From positions 45,944,001-46,008,000 of the forward strand of contig CM052817.1 in the NCBI GenBank assembly GCA_028534125.1: a DNA stretch of 64,000 nucleotides. Direction: 5' to 3'. How positions within the stretch are numbered: position 1 is the first letter of the stretch; the number at the start of each line of letters is the position of its first letter. The DNA is from Lama glama (taxonomy: Eukaryota). Made by a program: the position numbers and the translations under genes. Shown here piece by piece: positions 61,171-64,000 of this stretch. The notes under the pieces were generated by a model. That model had not been told where the DNA came from. It was given only the letters and a program-made list of their open reading frames with translations, and searched no databases.

Positions 61171-61657
61171 TAAGGTATGGCTAATCTCTGGGGACAAATC
61201 TTTGTGTAAATGATCCAATTAAATACATTTTTTTTCTGTTACCAAAAGTCAATATTACATAAAATACCCTCTCCAGGCCTTAGTTTCCTCATGTGTGTAA
61301 TGTGTCGGATTTTTATGAACACAGAGTTTCCTTCCAGTGTGAAATCTCCAGATCTTGCTATTTATGAGTGGTACCTGGGGCCAGTGGTGAGAAGGCACAT
61401 GACACATAAGTAAGTTGGCCACATTCCTTTCTATGTTAACCCTGGGCTGTTTGCATACTTCATAGCATTTAACACATTTTGTTGAAACAATTTGTTTTTT
61501 CACATTGTTCTTCCCTTCTAGTCTGTGGGTTCATTGGTAAAATACTTAACATTTACTCCTCTCTATAGATGACACACCATGATGATACCAAAGTTTCTGT
61601 ACCTTACAAGGGATTAAATGGTTTCTAGATGACCACATAACTGACCACAATCTAGAA

Positions 61658-61873
61658 CAGGAGTCTGTAAACCATGGTCTGTTGGCCAAATCCACCCACT
61701 GTTTGTTTTGGAAATAGAGTATTTTTGGAACACTGTGCCCCCATTCATTTACGTATGGTCAGTGGCTGCTTTCCCACTACCACCACAGAATTGAATAGTT
61801 GTGATGGAGACCATATGACTCAAAAAGGCTGAAATATTTGCTATGTCTTTTCAGAAAAGTTGGCTGATGCCTG
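61658..61873. mobile_element. MER58A hAT-Charlie MITE
   Basis: CAGG...CCTG ends, 'ggccaaatcc...ggaacac...cattcatttacgtatggtcagtggctgcttt'; left flank atctagaa matches the Charlie target preference. Confidence 0.85.
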
Positions 61874-62489
61874 AGTTAGAGCATGAGAAATGAATTGCTT
61901 TCTAAGGAAAAACCCAAGAGCCCCAGCATCTTAAAGTTAATCCTGTTCTCCCACAATCCCCTGAGAACACTTCTCTTCTAAAATGGGTGCAGTATATTTG
62001 TAACTTATCTTTTCCACTAGACTCTGGAGATATAGTTAGCTTCTTTCAAATTTTTAGCTACTTACTCCTTAGGAGAATTTTGGAAAAACTAATATGTTTT
62101 TAAGTTGAGATCTAGAGAGTTTTATTAGACATTTAGATCATTGCAAAGGATATAACTTTGTGCAGATGTGTAGATGTAAATATTCACACTTTAAAATAAA
62201 ACTGTTACATCCAAGAGAATGTATACATCAAAGTGTTTGATACCCAGTATCATCCACCTAAGAAGAGTTAGTTAGGATAGAGAAAAGCACAAGAGAAAAT
62301 TGCTGCTACTCTAAGGATAACAAGCCAGAGAGTCTACAAAATCCTGGTTTGTGGAGCCCATTAGAGAACTAAGGTTGCAAGGTTGTCACCTGATGAGTTG
62401 TGTGCTCCATGAGGGCACCCACCTGCCAGCTCTGTCTTCAGGTCTCTGCCTTATAAGATGACTTTAACATGTGTCTACTAGAAAGATCT

Positions 62490-62665
62490 GGTCAGGGATT
62501 GGGGTCAACTACAGAGGGGTACAAGGAGACTTTTGGGGATGAAAGGTCCATTCTATATATTGTATTGGGGGTTGCAAGATAAATAAAATTATCAAAATTC
62601 ATCAAAATTATTCACTTAAAAGAAGTGGATTTTATTATGTGTAAATTATACTTCAGTCAAGCTGA
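62490..62665 (+). mobile_element. Old L1 (L1MC-like) 3' end
   Basis: 'ggggtacaaggagacttttggggatga...tcaaaattcatcaaa...cacttaaaa...tgtaaattatacttca'. Confidence 0.75.
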
Positions 62666-62789
62666 AGAAAACATACTTTGGGGTAAAACAAGTGGCAGAA
62701 TTTTGTAAGCAACATGATACTCCTTACATAATTTTTAAAACATGAAAAAGACTAAATCGTGTTTATGGATAACAACATTCATGGAAATG

Positions 62790-63313
62790 GTAAATACCCA
62801 ATTTGAGATCAAAATGCACCAGTAACACACCTCCAGTCCGTGTCGGGTTTCTTGGCTCAGTGAGGGAGGCAGCACACCATCGGGAGCTGCGCGAGGCACC
62901 AGTAGGGGTTGTTGGGAGGAGCTTGTCATAGGGTCCAGATTTGTGCTAGGTGATTTGGGGAAGGATTCTGTGAAGCATGGTTTTGCTCTGAGGCTTTCAG
63001 AAAGTCAGGGCAATTCTGGACAATTGGGTATCTTAACCATTTTTAACTAGGAGGAATGAAGTGAAACTTCATTGGAAAGAGTCAGCAAAATTCAGCTCTT
63101 ACTCATGTTAGCTGGACCAATGGGATGCTTGGCTATTTTTGTAACTTCCCAGTGTTCTTGTTTTCATCTATGCTCAGACATGCTTACTATCTGGTCTTGC
63201 TCTAATATAGTGACAAGAGTGGTTTTGTATGGTTTTCTGTTAAACTGTTTTTATTCAGCAGGAAGACACCAAGGCCATTTCCAAGCTGATAGAAGCCAGG
63301 TGTGTTTTTTTCA
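62790..63313 (-). mobile_element. ERV1-class solo LTR (MER89/MER90-like)
   Basis: 'taggtgatttggggaagg...ggggcaattct...attgggtatcttaa...gctcagacatg...cagcaggaagacaccaaggcc...ttca'; subfamily from memory. Confidence 0.6.
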
Positions 63314-63339
63314 TACTCAGTCTAAAATAAAACTTCTCA

Positions 63340-63565
63340 CTATTTCTCTCCCCTTATACTGCTTTATTTTTATTTGTTATTTTTCTTTATAGCACATGCC
63401 ACTCATCACCATAATACACCAAACATGTTGTTTCTTTGTCCATTATCTATATCATTCTACATGTAAATTCCACAGAAGTCAGTATTCACTTGTTTCATCC
63501 ATAGTACCTTTGTACTCTCCAGGAATATAGTAGATGTTCAATATGTATTTGCTGAATGAATTTGT
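63340..63565 (+). mobile_element. L2 3' end
   Basis: 'atatagtagatgttcaatatgtatttgctgaatgaat'. Confidence 0.7.
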
Positions 63566-64000
63566 TCAATAACTTAATAATTTTCACAATCACACATAAA
63601 AACAAACCAATTTATAAACAGCCAAAAGATGGACAAATATCATCGTCACAGTGTATGAAATTAAGTATAATTCATATTTAAATAAAGGCACAATGAACAG
63701 ATGGTTACCAAATGACGTATAGTAATGAATGCTGTATTGCTATAAATCATGGTGTGACTTTTACAATTTTCAAATGTCTGACTATCTTTTACACAGAGTA
63801 TAACTAGCTGTTTAATCTCTGCAGGAAAAAAATGGGATTAAGATATAAAAACAAATTCCCCAGTTGGACAGGCTGCTAAAGCTGGACTAGTTACATACGT
63901 ATGAATGAATTATTACAGAACTTTTAAGAAGGAAGTCAAAAGTACTCATTTGATAATATACATTCATATATTTTGCACACCTGTATAATAAATTTTTCTT

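Noticed and set aside
1..64000. CRISPR arrays, tRNA/rRNA/snRNA copies, NUMTs, intact retroviral ORFs
   Set aside because: None seen on reading; no repeat-spacer periodicity or recognisable RNA-gene motifs. Highly diverged copies could be missed without a search.

Overview
AT-rich, CpG-depleted placental-mammal genomic DNA (intronic or intergenic) with one 500-N assembly gap (41351-41850). I recognise no protein-coding gene, RNA gene or processed pseudogene. Every listed ORF is a decayed LINE-1 ORF2 piece, an N-gap artefact or a short chance frame. A large part of the window is interspersed repeat: young and old L1, L2, MIR, MaLR/ERVL/ERV1 solo LTRs and hAT-Charlie MITEs. The young L1 3' ends look camelid-type, and I see no Alu, B1/B2, Bov-tA, PRE-1 or CAN SINEs, so a camel or alpaca source is my inference. 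Repeat subfamily names are recalled by eye from consensus sequences and boundaries are approximate. I found no convincing new biological system. The best-supported observations are retrotransposition scars: a 26-bp twin-priming inversion, an ultra-short L1 tail insertion, a three-level nested LTR stack and a 44-bp direct repeat bracketing old DNA. Weaker leads are candidate non-coding exons on both strands and a few compact transcription-factor motif clusters.
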